In this document: positions 52,813 to 53,223 of the stretch, piece after piece
How the letters are laid out: each line of letters starts with the position of its first letter
Position numbering within the stretch: the first letter of the stretch is position 1
Assembly: GCA_020348865.1 (NCBI GenBank)
Contig: CP070754.1
Span: 808,612-861,834 of the forward strand
Length of the DNA stretch: 53,223 bases
Direction: 5' to 3'
Source: Candidatus Bathyarchaeota archaeon
Lineage (GTDB): Archaea; Thermoproteota; Bathyarchaeia; Bathyarchaeales; Bathyarchaeaceae
Notes under the pieces: model-generated
Told to the model about the DNA's origin: nothing
The model's input: only the letters and a program-made list of their open reading frames with translations
Databases searched by the model: none
Position numbers and translations under genes: made by a program

Positions 52813-53223
52813 ATGTTAGGATTGAAGAATAGAGCAGCGGTTACGCTTTATCTACTAACGTTGATTGCATCGATGTTCATCTTAGTACCCATAGCCCTGT
52901 CAAGTCCTGAGACGTATGGTCCACGCCTAGACACTCTTTACGGCCTATTCATAGAGTCATCTTCTGCACAAGAGGCAATGTTGTATGCTGGCCAGGCTGA
53001 CATTTGGTTTGACGTTACAGACCCTGTGACTCTCAGAGGTCTTCAGGATGACGGTTTCGCCGTGACTTCAACCCCCGAGGCATTTCGCTATGACCACATT
53101 GACTTCAACGTAAGGGATCAACTGAATCCCAGTGGTGGAGGTTCCCCGTGGCGGACAGGACCCGAAGAACCCCCTGTCGAAATCGACGAAGTAGTACTGG
53201 AAGGTTACACTGATGGACCTTAC
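52813..53223 (+). CDS. 5' part of a secreted or substrate-binding-like protein gene (runs off the window)
   Basis: Not in the ORF track. ATG 52813 is preceded by AAAGGAG. I translated 137 codons to the window end without a stop. Signal/anchor AAVTLYLLTLIASMFILVPIAL. GPRLDTLYGLFIESSSAQEAMLYAGQADIW resembles N-termini of family-5 solute-binding proteins (weak). Confidence 0.55.
   Translation, partial: MLGLKNRAAVTLYLLTLIASMFILVPIALSSPETYGPRLDTLYGLFIESSSAQEAMLYAGQADIWFDVTDPVTLRGLQDDGFAVTSTPEAFRYDHIDFNVRDQLNPSGGGSPWRTGPEEPPVEIDEVVLEGYTDGPY

Overview
This window looks like a chromosomal segment from an anaerobic archaeon. The evidence is a TATA-box binding protein, a complete A1Ao ATP synthase gene set, an ER/archaeal-type signal peptidase, an Lhr-type helicase and frequent GGAGG-like ribosome-binding sites. 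All calls come from motif reading of the supplied translations; no database search was possible. A Bathyarchaeia-like lineage is only a guess.

Gene content by region:
- 0.9-11.6 kb: a Tat-exported FdnG/H/I-type formate dehydrogenase (Cys, not Sec, at the active site) with fdhE. An HdrD/DsrK-like CCG-domain subunit is coupled to the cytochrome b gene. A UbiA prenyltransferase and tatA-tatA-tatC follow directly.
- 11.8-21.3 kb: all nine A-type ATP synthase genes, split into three differently oriented blocks (atpFABDC >, < atpIK-orf175, atpHE >). atpI carries a 162-bp in-frame tandem repeat and atpK encodes a duplicated c-subunit.
- 21.8-31.6 kb: fdhD-mobA plus a membrane protein, hdrCB plus an orphan hydrogenase-maturation protease, an MgtE-like transporter, a tungsten-type aldehyde:ferredoxin oxidoreductase with its polyferredoxin, and an M24 peptidase.
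- 32-40 kb: a MEDS/wHTH regulator, an SPFH protein, a second long AOR paralogue and the Lhr helicase.
- 40.1-46.6 kb: an accessory-looking island between housekeeping genes (lhr on one side; signal peptidase and tbp on the other). Its genes (nitroreductase, isochorismatase-like hydrolase, secreted and membrane proteins of unknown function, a TPR protein) are separated by five same-orientation copies of a ~32-nt C-rich/oligo-T element seen nowhere else in the window.
- 48-53 kb: further uncharacterised membrane, HTH and secreted proteins.

No rRNA, tRNA, CRISPR array, transposase or integrase was recognised.
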